A DNA stretch of 63,782 bases, counting the filler, from Choristocarpus tenellus KU-1152 (taxonomy: Eukaryota > Protista > Phaeophyceae), in the NCBI GenBank assembly GCA_964200185.2. It is 10 parts of 10 records of this genome, joined end to end, with 100 filler letters (N's around TTAATTAATTAA, not from the genome) between each part and the next. Parts side by side here need not be neighbours in the genome. Positions count along the whole stretch, not along the records: positions 1 to 6,401 come from CAXNAD020008213.1; positions 6,502 to 12,576 come from CAXNAD020009005.1; 8 more parts are not named here. The stretch is one strand, 5' to 3'. Positions 1 through 11,400 of the stretch are shown here, piece by piece. Position 1 is the first letter of the stretch. Each line of letters starts with the position of its first letter. Position numbers and translations under genes: made by a program. The notes beneath the pieces are model-generated. The model worked only from the letters and a program-made list of their open reading frames with translations. It made no database searches and was not told the origin of the DNA.

Positions 1-200
1 GTCATCAAATGTGGGGATGGCTGGCAATCATTGACCAAAGGCATTCGCACTGGTTGGTCATCAAATGTGGGATGGCTGGCAATCATTGATGAAGGGCATT
101 CGCAATGGTTGGCCATCAAATGGGGAATAGAGAATAGAGGAATAGCAAATTAGGAATTAGCAAATAATAAAAATAATAATCCAGAATTCGTGAGCAAAAC
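1..200. repeat. Tandem ~56-bp repeat (2+ units) running into a dispersed repeat end also present at 12677-12780
   Basis: The unit gtcatcaaatgtggg(g)atggctggcaatcattga...ggcattcgca.tggttg occurs twice. 107-200 aligns to 12677-12775 (tggttgg.catcaaatggggaatagag...ataataatccagaattcgtgagcaa). Confidence 0.8.
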
Positions 201-1059
201 AAACATATATATTTATATATATATACCTCTTTACGCGCTAATTCTTCATTAGTGCGAAAGGGTGAAAACTTAGAGTTGGCATCTTCTTTTGCATAGATTC
301 GCGGTTCGTTACTCTTACATTGGAACAAAAACGTATATTTACTCTTCGCCTAGTGTTATATTATATTGCACAACAAAGAAAAACTTTCGCCAAACTACAT
401 ATGCGAGAGATATCACACTCCCTCACTCTCTCGACAACAAAGCAACGGGTCTGGACAATATTGAGGAATTTGTCGTCGCGGTTGTTCAAGGGGACCACAT
501 CCGTCGCACTGCAGATATACGATGACGACCCGCCTGCCATTCTTTATCTTTCTAACAACGGGACTGAATCCGTAGGCTTCAGAGGGGTAGACACCAGGAC
601 ATCCCAAAGGCAAGACCACGTCTGGTCGCGTGCGTTCTTTAATTGACTCAATGGGGGATTAACGCTTGAAGAATAGGCTTAGCGAAGCATATGGTCACCA
701 TACCCTTCCGAAATTACAGATTTGCGTCGAAATCCGAGAGACATGGTATTCACTACTTACGCCGTAGTTCCGAACCGGTGACGCACGCCTCCTCCCATAA
801 AGAGCAGAAAAAACCTATCGACGAAGCTCGTGTCCTCCGATATCCGCGTTCCGATACATATCGGAACCAAACGATGTTCCTTACGGTTTCCGTTTCCGAT
901 CCCAACCATAGCACCTGTCCCGACCCTAACCCTATGCCCCAACCCTGACACTCTCTCTCTCATCCTTACATGTTGATGAAATAATACTGATTCATGTTTC
1001 CCCCTTCCTTCATCTGCTCACCTCATCATGTCACACTTTGTCATACTTTACCGTTGGTC

Positions 1060-2570
1060 AAAACACAGCAAACGTTGCGGCTGTCCACATACAAACCTAC
1101 TTCAAGTCATACAAATCATGTCATTTTCGCCGAACGTTATTCAACAACAAAGTGTGGCGAAAGTTGCTGCGGTCGACATACCAACATTTGGAGCCACACA
1201 CCCCCAAACCATCGTCCTGGACTCACCATAAAACTCAATCGCTATCTCGTCCCCCCCATAGATCAAGGTGTGCATACGATGGTATGCGCATGTGAGGCTA
1301 TGTGTTGACCTACATCACATGTAACGTTCAATATTGATTCCACAAAATCCATAGTACACATTAGTTTACCGTTTGTCAGAACACGTCAATTGTGATACAT
1401 ACGTGAGCTAACGATGTCAGGGGCGACACCCACCATGCACCTCTCAAGTGCTTTCCAACAAAAATTCGTACCAAAACGCACTTTGTACCGTTGGACAAAC
1501 TACCCCCAGTCACCTCGTCCTACACATACTTCATCCTTTTTTTGGTAACCTTTTGTATGTGGCTCGCGATTGACCGCATATGCGATGCACACATCTTCAA
1601 GAAAATGTAATCGGAGCAGTTTCGGTTGTTGATGCGTCAAACACACCCTTCTCTATGCTTTCAAAATGGGGTCATTCACCACGGCCCTTTTCTGTTGAGC
1701 ACCTAGAGTGACCAAACCTTGTGCGCGAGCACCTTTCCCCGAAGAAAGATGCAGTATTACTGAGGTTCACATGATGAGGATCGATCACTAGTGTCAAAGG
1801 AAACAAACCCACCCAACTTATATACGAACAAGAGAGTTTTCCATCCGGATGTACTGTGCCAACAGCACGTTCAGAGGTACTCAACACTGGCGAGTGTCAC
1901 CCTCACAAATATTGCGCGTGTATCCACCCTCGACACTTCATGGATTAATCACTGTGCAACATTTTCACCCTCCAACAAAACTTTGACATTACACCACATA
2001 TACACATGGTGCAACCGACGTCACAACAAGGTCAAAGCTTGGCACAGATGAGGATGTCTATGCCAACTTCAAGGAGAGATTCGAACAGGAGGGGATCCTA
2101 GGACCAATACCCTGTCTGTCAACATTCGTGAAGTTGAGAGACCGTTCTACATTTCAAAGGCCACGCCAAGGTATGTGCGAAAATAGATCCTCTCGTTTTT
2201 TTTTTATACACGATACAGTGGCGACCGGGCAACTCTACGTTTTCCTAACCGCCACTGGATAGCCAGTCACGTTATGCATCATGAACGTGTCCACATACAA
2301 GCGAGGGTAACCCACCAACCGCATTCCTCCCTCCACTCTCCTGCACAACACAGATCATGCGTTTGCATCCACCATATGGCCACCAACCTCCAGGTTCAGT
2401 GCCTAAGAGAGAACTGGAAGAAAGTACATGGAAGAATGAGCTTTCGCGACGATGGACAACGCGCTTGCGCATGCACATGCAAATTCTCCGACAAAGGCAA
2501 AGGATGCGGGTCTCTATAGAAGTGGAGACCGCACTCGAAAGTAGTGCTCATTTAATGGCCTTCCTCTTGT
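1060..2570 (+). pseudogene. Decayed, intron-containing Sola2-like transposase, N-terminal exons (copy A1)
   Basis: Motifs in order: VREHLSPKKDAVLLR (~1720-1765), then PCLSTFVKLRPFYISKATP ending at the donor ag|gtatgt (~2171), then an acceptor cag| at ~2353 giving RSCVCIHH (CxCxxH). Stops and frameshifts are present. The start boundary is approximate. Confidence 0.6.
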
Positions 2571-2841
2571 AAGGTTTTGTCTTCCTAACCACATCCCTTT
2601 TGATGTGGCGAATGTGTTATAGCCACGAGCTGTAATGGTTATCCAACATAATGAGACCACTAAAGATACATACACCAACGTACACACACATCCAAACCGT
2701 TTCACTACGTACTCTACGTATATATGTACTGCAGTCATAAACAGACTCCACTAGTGACATTCCATCCGCTACTCAAAACATCAACACGGACATGTTATGA
2801 TGGACATGGATCATACGTTCCATATATACAAAACAACGTAC

Positions 2842-3300
2842 TTATGCATGTAATATATATATTGAATTTATTCTGCTCCCACACAGTTTGTGTTTGCGTG
2901 TCCTCCTACACATGTATTTATTGGCCCAGTATGTCAGCCTAAATTTCGTCTCCATTAGACAGTTCTGCCACCATTCTCTAATACCTTTACTGCAATGCCC
3001 AACCCAATCCTTTTCCCTCCCCCCTTTGCGCTGATAGAGCCACAGAGCAATTGGCAGGAACCTTACCAGGGGGACGTCCACGCACAAACATCTCGTACTC
3101 CACTCCACCATCTTCAGTACAAGTCGAAATTTTCCATAACACACACCCTAACCAAGCGGCCGCAACCTGGCAGACTCCAGGCATTGAACCCAAAGGACAA
3201 CTTCCCTGAGCCATACCAACATAGCCTACACCCACTCAAGCGCCAAGCGTACATCCTTAATGCATTTTAGGTCAAAATACTTCTTACAAGTACGGTGACC
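2842..3300 (+). mobile_element. 3' subterminal region of the Sola2-like element (copy A1)
   Basis: Aligns along its length to the reverse complement of 7868-8335. In both copies it is followed directly by the foldback terminus. Confidence 0.75.
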
Positions 3301-3775
3301 GGGTCCAAGTAACGTAGGGGATGGTGGTTTGTTAGGGGGCGCGTCCGTTTCGATCCGGACGACGAAATACTCAAAAATCATGGGAATTGCTGTTTTCAGT
3401 CCATCTCTCTCCGCGACTGAAGACAGCAATTCCAATGATTTTTGAGTACTTCGTCCGGACCGAAACGAACGCCCCCTCACAAACGAGTTAAAGTATCTTA
3501 GAAGGTAGAGCCGCGTCCACTTGGGGACCAAAATTCAATGTTGGAATTTTGATGTTATTTTGGCTATCATGTTTGTTAGGAGATGTCAATATCCTTGTTC
3601 TGGACACTCCTTTTCGTAACATATACATTTTGCCTACTCCGAAACATTTTGGAGTAGGCAAAATGTCGTTCAAAACCCATGAGAAGCCAAGCCCGAAATG
3701 GACAAACAAGGCAAAACTCGTACCCTCTAAAATACTTTCACTCAAACCAGCCCCACCCCTAAGATGCTTTGACCC
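3301..3775 (+). mobile_element. Foldback (palindromic) terminus of the Sola2-like element, interrupted by a MITE
   Basis: The arm gggtccaagta...gcgtccgtttcgatccggacga...tactcaaaaatcatgggaattgctgt pairs with acagcaattccaatgatttttgagta...tcgtccggaccgaaacgaacgcc...gatgctttgaccc. Confidence 0.8.
3485..3743 (+). mobile_element. MITE family M1 (~257 bp), TSD AAAC
   Basis: TIRs gagttaaagtatcttagaaggta / taccctctaaaatactttcactc, with aaac on both flanks. Internal hairpin cattttgcctactcc...ggagtaggcaaaatg. Confidence 0.9.
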
Positions 3776-4074
3776 GGATCTGACACTAGAGGAAGAGTGG
3801 CGCTACTGCAAAGGTCATAAGGTTCCTCCCGGGCTGACAATCGTCACAAAGGTAGGCACACTCCACACGACGACCCCCCCCACTAACAAAGTTTGGCCTA
3901 TGTTTTGCCACTGGCGACAACCCCAACACGTACACCCCTTGCCCGCATATGCAACAAACACCCAACACGTACCGTTTGAGCTTATGTCACATCTGTCACT
4001 CCCTTCACACCGACACGATGCGCAGCGTCAAGATAACACTTATGAACTTATGAAATGACTGCACGGATAGTCTA

Positions 4075-4870
4075 TTCACACTTACAACTATCGCCGCCTA
4101 TTTTGTACAAGTCTGCCAATCGGTAAACTCACGCAAAACTCCAAGTCCCTCTTTTCTTTCCAGTATCAATGTCGACCATATACCCATCGCTTGTTGCAGG
4201 AATATATACCACATACACTACATGCCTGATTGTCCCCGCCCCCTGGACCTGATCCGTCGTTGCCACTCGCATCAGTCTGCACCCTTCTGCCCCTCGATAA
4301 CCCATACACTAAACAATAGATATCGTTGACCCAATATGTCACATCCGCGCCTTCCCTCACGACGACACCACGAATCACATGATAATCGCACAAACTCATT
4401 TATTAATCGACCGCACACCGTCCGTGCACACTTGCAACCATCGCCCTCGATTTACAATTAGTCTGCCAATAGGTAAACTAACCCAGAACTCCAAGTTATT
4501 GTTACCTCTTTCACGTAACAACGTCAGTCACATATCCATCGCTTGCTGCAGGAATAGATACCACATGTATCACGTGTATGATTTTCCCCGCTCACAATGG
4601 TTAATCCCTGTTTGCAACTCGCGACACTCTGCACCCTCCCGTCCCTTGCTAACCCATATATTCCACCAAGGCAATAGATTTCGTCGACCCATTATGTCAC
4701 ATCCATGACTTCCCTTCATGCCAACATCACGAATCACATGATGATCGCTCATACGCACTTCTTAATCGACCGCACAAAGTCCGTGCACACTTGCAACCAT
4801 CGGCCTCTATTTTTCAGATGTCTACCAATCGGCAAACTACCACAAACCTCCAAGTTTTGGATTTCACCAT
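4075..4870. repeat. ~350-bp tandem repeat (about 2.3 units) inside the transposon
   Basis: The unit start cacacttgcaaccatcg...gtctgccaatcggtaaact...aactccaag recurs at ~4078, ~4428 and ~4787. The same array lies inverted at ~10515-11310. Confidence 0.8.
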
Positions 4871-5185
4871 ACTCTGCCATCCGTCATTACTAAACACTCG
4901 TTACAGCAATAGGTAACTCATATCACTCCACAAACAAAATGCCATTACATCGAATCGATCACAGCACACTGCCTCAGTGCCGAAACTGACTCCAACACGT
5001 ACGACCCCTCCCCTTATACGCACAATCACCAAAACCCTTCGGATTGGACGGACAGGGACGGCAGGCAGCATAGTAACACGTATACGAAACTTCTATACAT
5101 AGACACGTTCCGCACACTGGAGATAGCCCACCTTCCATCTTAAAAGATCCACCGTGCGGGACAACACGACCCACGGGTCCCAAAC

Positions 5186-5442
5186 GAGCCAAAGTATCTT
5201 AGAGGGTAGAGCCAAGTCCATTTGGGGGTCAAAATCCAATGTTGCGATTTGGATGTAATTTTGGCTATCCAGTTTGTCAGGAAGTTTCAATATCTATGTT
5301 TCGGACACACCTTTTCATAACGTATACATTTTACCTACCCCTAAACAATTTGGAGTAGCAAAAAGTAACAAAAAAATGTGGGAAGCCAAGGCCCAAATGG
5401 ACAAACAGGACAAATCTCGTACCCTCTAAGATACTATCACTC
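5186..5442 (+). mobile_element. MITE family M1, TSD AAAC, inserted in a transposase exon
   Basis: TIRs gagccaaagtatcttagagggta / taccctctaagatactatcactc. The empty site is visible in copy B (reverse complement near 10195: cccgaacctcagtgg). Confidence 0.92.
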
Positions 5443-6275
5443 AAACCTCAGTGGAACCAAGTCCATGCACAGGTTCTTCATTGACTGGCTCACCACCGTA
5501 GACTCCCGTACATTTATATGCACCAAACGGTCGTGCTACTCCACGAACTATGCCATCGGCAACCTGGCCCAATGCAGGTGGCAATTAACCCACGTTCCCC
5601 CGTTTAAGGAGATAGACCTTGGATTTTCCACGGATGCGGGAACGGGTGGTATGTATCTGAGAAGTCAGCTGTCGAGGAAAAAGAGACAGCTCGCCGAGGG
5701 GAACATATGCATTGTGCGGACGCAGCCATCGGAGTACAAATGGTATAGAGTTCTTGCCATTCACTGTCCACCGCAAGGACACGATTCAATGGAACGCCAG
5801 ACACCACTCCAGCTCTACGGAGGGACGTTCAGTGCTGGAGATGAGTTTGTCTTTGTCACTGAAGACTTCGAGGTGCTGAGTGCTAGCTTCGTTGATGGAG
5901 TGCCAACTATTCATATATCACGGACGGACAATGTGAGTAACGCTTCTTATTGCTTCTAAGGGAACTATGCCCCACACGAATGAATCCACCCTGTCCACGT
6001 GCAGATGTCACATATCCCCTGATATCCCCTCTAACCCACATAGATTACTCCCATAACGCCCAATCCTGATATCCAAACCAGTGTCATTTTGTTCTCCCAA
6101 TCTGCAACCGCCACTCACACCTTTCACATAATATTTTACAACTTCCGTAGGGGAAATAAGCGCATCCCATTCGTTCATTCCGCTGCCTAAGTGTATCCTC
6201 TATCGTGCATAAAAATATCCGTTTCTCAAAAATATCAACAAACAACACCCCTATACAACCAAACCAGGCCATCAC

Positions 6276-6401
6276 GGCTAATGAAGCTTCATCAATAATA
6301 CCCAGCATTCGTTCAGCAACCCCATTAAATTGAGGGCTGTCTGCAGATGTGAACTCCTGTCTTATCCCCCGATCATGACAAAGAGCGCCGAAAGCACCCT
6401 C
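6276..6401 (-). mobile_element. Ty1/copia integrase fragment
   Basis: Translates to EGAFGALCHDRGIRQEFTSADSPQFNGVAERMLGII, containing the rve-core PQxNGVAER motif. Confidence 0.85.
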
Positions 6402-6501
6402 NNNNNNNNNNNNNNNNNNNNNNNNNNNNNNNNNNNNNNNNNNNNTTAATTAATTAANNNNNNNNNNNNNNNNNNNNNNNNNNNNNNNNNNNNNNNNNNN
6501 N
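6402..6501. other. Artificial contig spacer 44N-TTAATTAATTAA-44N (also 12577-12676, 17255-17354, 23512-23611, 35391-35490, 43174-43273, 48075-48174, 56013-56112, 60326-60425)
   Basis: The same 100-nt structure with six-frame stops occurs at every large gap. Confidence 0.97.
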
Positions 6502-6594
6502 ATCGGTGCTTCGCAACACCATGATTCCTTATCGCTACTAGTCTACTCATTTTGCTTACATGTACGATGCATTCGATTCAGGTTTCAACAGGTT

Positions 6595-6970
6595 GATGGA
6601 GAAGGGTTAGGGTATTTCCGCATTAGGATGATAGCGACCTTCCAGGGTCTCCCAATGTGCAAGCATAAGAGCCATATCCACAAAACCATGATCATTGTAG
6701 CCAACGCCCGCCCAGATTCGGCTCACAGCTTTGATGGAAAGCTTGGTGTTTGGCATGTGTGTGCGCCAAAAACGGCAGACAGGACAAGCAAGAACCATAG
6801 AAAAGGGGGATGTGTATGAGCAGGACTGTACTTTAGACCATTCGTCGTACAGGAAGTGGTACACGGAGGAGTTCCTGACTGCGATCAAGACCAAGGTGCC
6901 TTGGTTGCATGGGAAGCACTTTGCCGTTCAGCAAGACAGTGCCACCCCCCAAACAGGCAAGGGTAACTCC
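6595..6970 (+). pseudogene. Tc1/mariner (DD39D-like) transposase fragment
   Basis: Translates to HKSHIHKTMIIVANARP...FDGKLGVW and YRKWYTEEFLTAIKTKVPW...VQQDSATP. Homologous to 21525-21905. Confidence 0.85.
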
Positions 6971-7069
6971 GAAACATTTTGGAGTAGGTAAAACGTCATA
7001 AAAAACCTGTGGGAAGTCAAGCCTCAAACAAACAAACCAAAACTCGTACCCTCTAAGATACTCTCACTC
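6966..7069 (+). mobile_element. MITE M1, right half
   Basis: actccgaaacattttggagtagg...aactcgtaccctctaagatactctcactc. Confidence 0.85.
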
Positions 7070-7731
7070 TATTTTCCATTGCAGTGAGGAGTATGAGAGG
7101 TGTCCCACCACAACTCTGTTCAAGTAGGAAGACCTGAGGATATGTGACAAAGAGAAGGATGGAAGAGATAGGACGAAGACACGTTTTATCAGTGAAATAG
7201 ATACGACAAGGAGAAGCGGGAGGATATGGATGAACATGAAAATATATCAAGAAAGTATACACTGTGCATAATAGCCCAAGAAGTGACCCAAGAAGTGAAA
7301 TCAGAGCACCGCAGAAAGGAAAATCCCTAGTCTTCCAAACGTAACTTAAGGTGTTAAAGAAATTGATGTTCCCAAGACTTGTGTATGTAAACGACTCGAT
7401 TAATTTCTTATTGTGTAGATCAGGTTGTACACGAAGTAAGAAAGGTGAAAGGAAGGAGCGAACATCCAAGCCCAAAGGGGGGAGTCCTTGTCATCTTACC
7501 ATTCATATCTAATAACACGTCACTCATTCTGTGTCACTTGCTACAAATTCCCTTTCTAGGGTTCTTCTTGTTGTACTATAATAACCTGGATAATATTCTC
7601 ATGGTCACTCAACAATAAACCTTCCTACCAATTATCCCGTTATCGAACCATAATCCAACAACGGATTATTTGTCCTACAGAATATTCTATAACACATGAA
7701 TAAAAGCATATTCTTTACATGAGGAATAGGT

Positions 7732-7867
7732 AGGTCAAAGTATCTGGGGGTGGTGGTGGTGGTTTGTGAGGGGGCGTCCGTTTCGGTCTGGACGAAGTGC
7801 TCAAAAATCATAGGAATTGCTGTCTTCCCCCCCTCACAAACCACCACCCCCCACGATACTTGGACCC
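7732..7867 (-). mobile_element. Foldback terminus of the Sola2-like element (copy B, internally deleted)
   Basis: ggtcaaagtatctgggggtggtggt...ttgtgaggggg pairs with ccccctcacaaaccaccacccccc.cgatacttggaccc. Matches 3301-3775. Confidence 0.8.
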
Positions 7868-8468
7868 AGCCACTGTCCTTGTATGAAGTATTTTGGGCTA
7901 AAATGCATTTAGGATCTACGCTTGGCGCTTCAGTGGGTGTAGACTACGTTTTTATGGCTCAGGGAAGTTGTCGTTGGGTTCCAAGCCTGGAGTCTGGGTA
8001 ATTACCGCCGCTTGGTTTGGGTGTGGAAGAGATGGCATATTTTGTGGAGATCTCGACTTGTGCTGAAGATGGTGGTGTGGAGTACGAGATGCTTGTGCGT
8101 CAACGTATTTCTGGTAAGGTTTCGGCCAAATGCTCTGTGGTCCGATCAGTGCAAAGGGGGGAGGAAAAAGGATTGGGGACATTGCAGTAAAAGTATTAGA
8201 GGATGGTGGCAGAACACACTAATGGAGACGAAATTTAGGTTGCCATCGGGTCAATAAAAACATGTGTATGAGGACACATAAACACAAACTCTTCGGGATA
8301 TAATAAGATAATAAATCCAATATATCAAATGCGTAAGTCGGTTGGTTTAGAGAACGTCCGATCTCTCCATCACAACATATCTGTCGAGGCATGTGTCGGA
8401 CTGGCGAAGTGGAGGGTGACTCACGAACAGAAATTGGCCAATGTTGCTCCTCAAAGTCGTGTCTGTCG

Positions 8469-11400
8469 TCAATATGGTGGCAGTGTAGGACTTGTCCAGA
8501 ACCAGGCCCGTGTAGGAGGGTCTTGGTCAATGCTGTAGTGTTGGACAAGGAGCTGCATATTTCGCAAGTCGCTATTCTCCAATTTGACCTCGTAGGGGTA
8601 GCTGAATCGCTCCTCTCTAACTTTCACTGTGTAGTGGGGCTGGTACTTGGTCACGGTCCCTCGCATCCACTGATCGTCCCATCTGAAGTATAGTCCCCTG
8701 CCCTTGGCTCTGGCATTGAGAGTTACTCTCTCATCTAGATCCGGCACATACAACTCGTTGTCGGTTCAAGGGGTATATATTTCTGTATACTCTTGTCCAT
8801 GTCCCTACGCTAAGGCTGTCTCTGACTGCGTTGTCTGACACACAGGGCTGCAGCCTCGTCACTGTCCCTCTTGTTCTTGTCTCGAAATTGGTTGGCACCC
8901 TCTACGATCTCGTCCTCTGTCATGTACCACCCCAATTGAGGGGGTACAGATTTTTCACCATCGTCTGGGAGGTAGGACACTGAGTAAATGTACGCCCCTG
9001 AACCATCTACGTGAACATCACTGACCTTCCCCTGTACGATGGCCCCCCCACTCGCGCGTAGGATGAAGCTGGTTCCTCAACCGAACCTGGCGTCGGACGT
9101 GTCCCCAAGTCTGAGTTGCCTAGAGAAGCGAGCAGGTATCCCACCGAGAGATTGCCGGTTGGATTCTGAGGTGAACCTCTGGTATTGGCCAGGCAGGATC
9201 GTGATTGTGTTGTCCAGGTGGTTGTGGTCGATGTCTGTGAAGTCTGGGATGATGATAGCCTGAAGGGGCACGACCCAGGGGCCCTGTTGTGTATCCTGCA
9301 TCACCAGAAACATGTTCGTTGTGGGGGCTGTGTTGGTGTGTAGGACTATTTGAATGTGTTTGCGCGTGATGGCCTGGTTTAGCTGTATAAGGGATATGTT
9401 GTTTGTTGATTGTTTTGAGGAACGGATAGTTTTATGGATGATAGAGGATACACTTAGGCAGCGAAACGAACTTATGGGACGCGCTTATTTGCCCTACGTA
9501 AGTTGTGAAATATTCTGTGAAAGGTGTCAGTGGCGGTTGCAGATTGGGAGAACAAAATGACACAGGTTTGGATATCAGGATTGGACGTTATTGGAGGAAT
9601 CTATGTTGGTTAGAGGGGATATAAGGGGATATGTGACATTTGTATGTGGACAGCATGGATTCATTCCTGTGGGGCATTATTTTGTTAGAAGCAATAAGAA
9701 GCGTTACTCACCTTGTCCGTCCGTGACATGTGAATAGTTGCGACTCCATCAATGAAGCTGGAACTCAGCACCTCGAAGTCTTCAGTGACAAAGACGATCT
9801 CATCTCCAGCCCTGAATATCCCTCCGTAGCTGGAGTGGTGTCTGGCGTTCCATTGAATCGTGTCCTTTCGATGGACAGTGAACGGCAAGAGCTCTATACC
9901 ATTGTACTCCGATGGCTGCGTCCGCACAATGCTTATGTTCCCCTTGGTGAGCTGTCTCTTCTTCCTGGACAGCTGACATCTCAGATACATATCACCCGTT
10001 CCCGCTTCCATGGAAAATCCGAGGTCTATTTCCTTAAGTGAGGGCACATGGGTTAGTTGCCATCTGCATTGGGCGAGGTTGCCGATGGAACAGTTCGTGC
10101 AGTAGCACGACAGTTCAGTGTATATCAATGTACGGGAGTCTCCGGCGGAGAGTCGACCAGTGAAGAACCTGTGCATGGACTTGATTCCACTGAGGTTCGG
10201 GACACGTGGGTCGTGTCATCCCGCACGATCGATCTTGTAAGACGGAAGGTGGACAATCTCCTGTGTGTGGAACGTGTCGATGTATAGAATTTTCTTGCAC
10301 GTGTTACTGTGCTGTCTGCCGTCCCTGTCCATCCAATCCTAAGGGTTGTGGTGATTGTGCGTATAAGGGGAGGGGTGGTACGTGTTGGAGTCAGTGTCGA
10401 CACTGAGGCAGTGTGCTGCAAACCGATTTGATGTGATGGCGTTCGTTTGTCAGTAGTTGTGCTAGCTACCTATTGCTGTAACGAGTGTTTGGTAATGACG
10501 GATGGCAGTGTGTGATGAAACCCAAAACTTGGAGTGTTGTGCTAGTTTGCCGATTGGTAGACATTTGAAAAGTAGAGGGTGATGGTTCCAAGTGTACACG
10601 GGCTTTGAGTGGTCGATTAAGAAGTGCGTATGTGCGATGATCATTTGATTCGTGGTGTAGGCATGAAGGGAAGGCACGGATGTGACATAATGGGTCGACG
10701 AAATCTATTGCCTTGGTGGAATATATGGGTTGAAATGAGGCAGGAGGGTGTACACTGTCGCGAGTTGCAAACAGGGTTTAATAATTATGAGAGGAAACAT
10801 CATACACGTAGTACATGTGGTATATATTCTTGCAGCAAGCGATGGGTATATGGCCGACGTTGTTACGTGAAAGGAAGAAATAACTTGGAGTTTCGGGTTA
10901 GTTTACCGATTGGCAGACTCGTTCTAAACCGAGGGCGATGGTTGCAAGTGTGCTTGGACGATGTGCGGTCGATTAGTAAATGCGTATGTGCGATTATCAT
11001 GTGATTCGTGGTGTGGACATGAGGGAAAGAGCGGATGTGACATAACGGGTCAACGATGTCCATTGCGTGTTTATTGTGTGGTTTATCAAGGGGCGGGAGG
11101 GTGCAGACTGATGGGAGTGGCAAGGAGGGATCAGGTCCAGAGAGCGGGGAGAATCATGCATGCAGTGTATGTCGTATGTATTCATGCAACAAGCGATGGG
11201 TATAAGGTCGAAGTTGACAGTGGAAAGAAAAGAAGAATTTGGAGTTTTGCGCGAGTTTACCGATTGGCAGAGTTGTACAAAATAGGTGGCGATGGATGTA
11301 AGGGTGTATAGACTATCTGCGATTTCATAAGTGCGTATGTGTTATCTTGACGCTGCGCGTCGTGTCAGCGTGAAGGGAGTGACGGGTGTGACATAAGTCC

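Larger units (their letters stand above)
3776..6275 (+). pseudogene. Decayed Sola2-like transposase, C-terminal part (copy A2)
   Basis: Contains exon ...EEEWRYCKGHKVPPGLTIVTK|gtagg and exon HVPHTGD..[MITE]..LSGTKSMHRFF...RSCYSTNY...ISRTDN|gtgagt. Homologous to the reverse complement of 9370-11605. Confidence 0.65.

Noticed and set aside
6446-6457. Recurrent TTAATTAATTAA motif
   Set aside because: It is always centred in N-runs and is a synthetic six-frame-stop linker.
7470-7500. Possible polypurine tract plus LTR start (aaaggggggagtcct tgtc)
   Set aside because: There is no second LTR and no linked pol sequence to support it.
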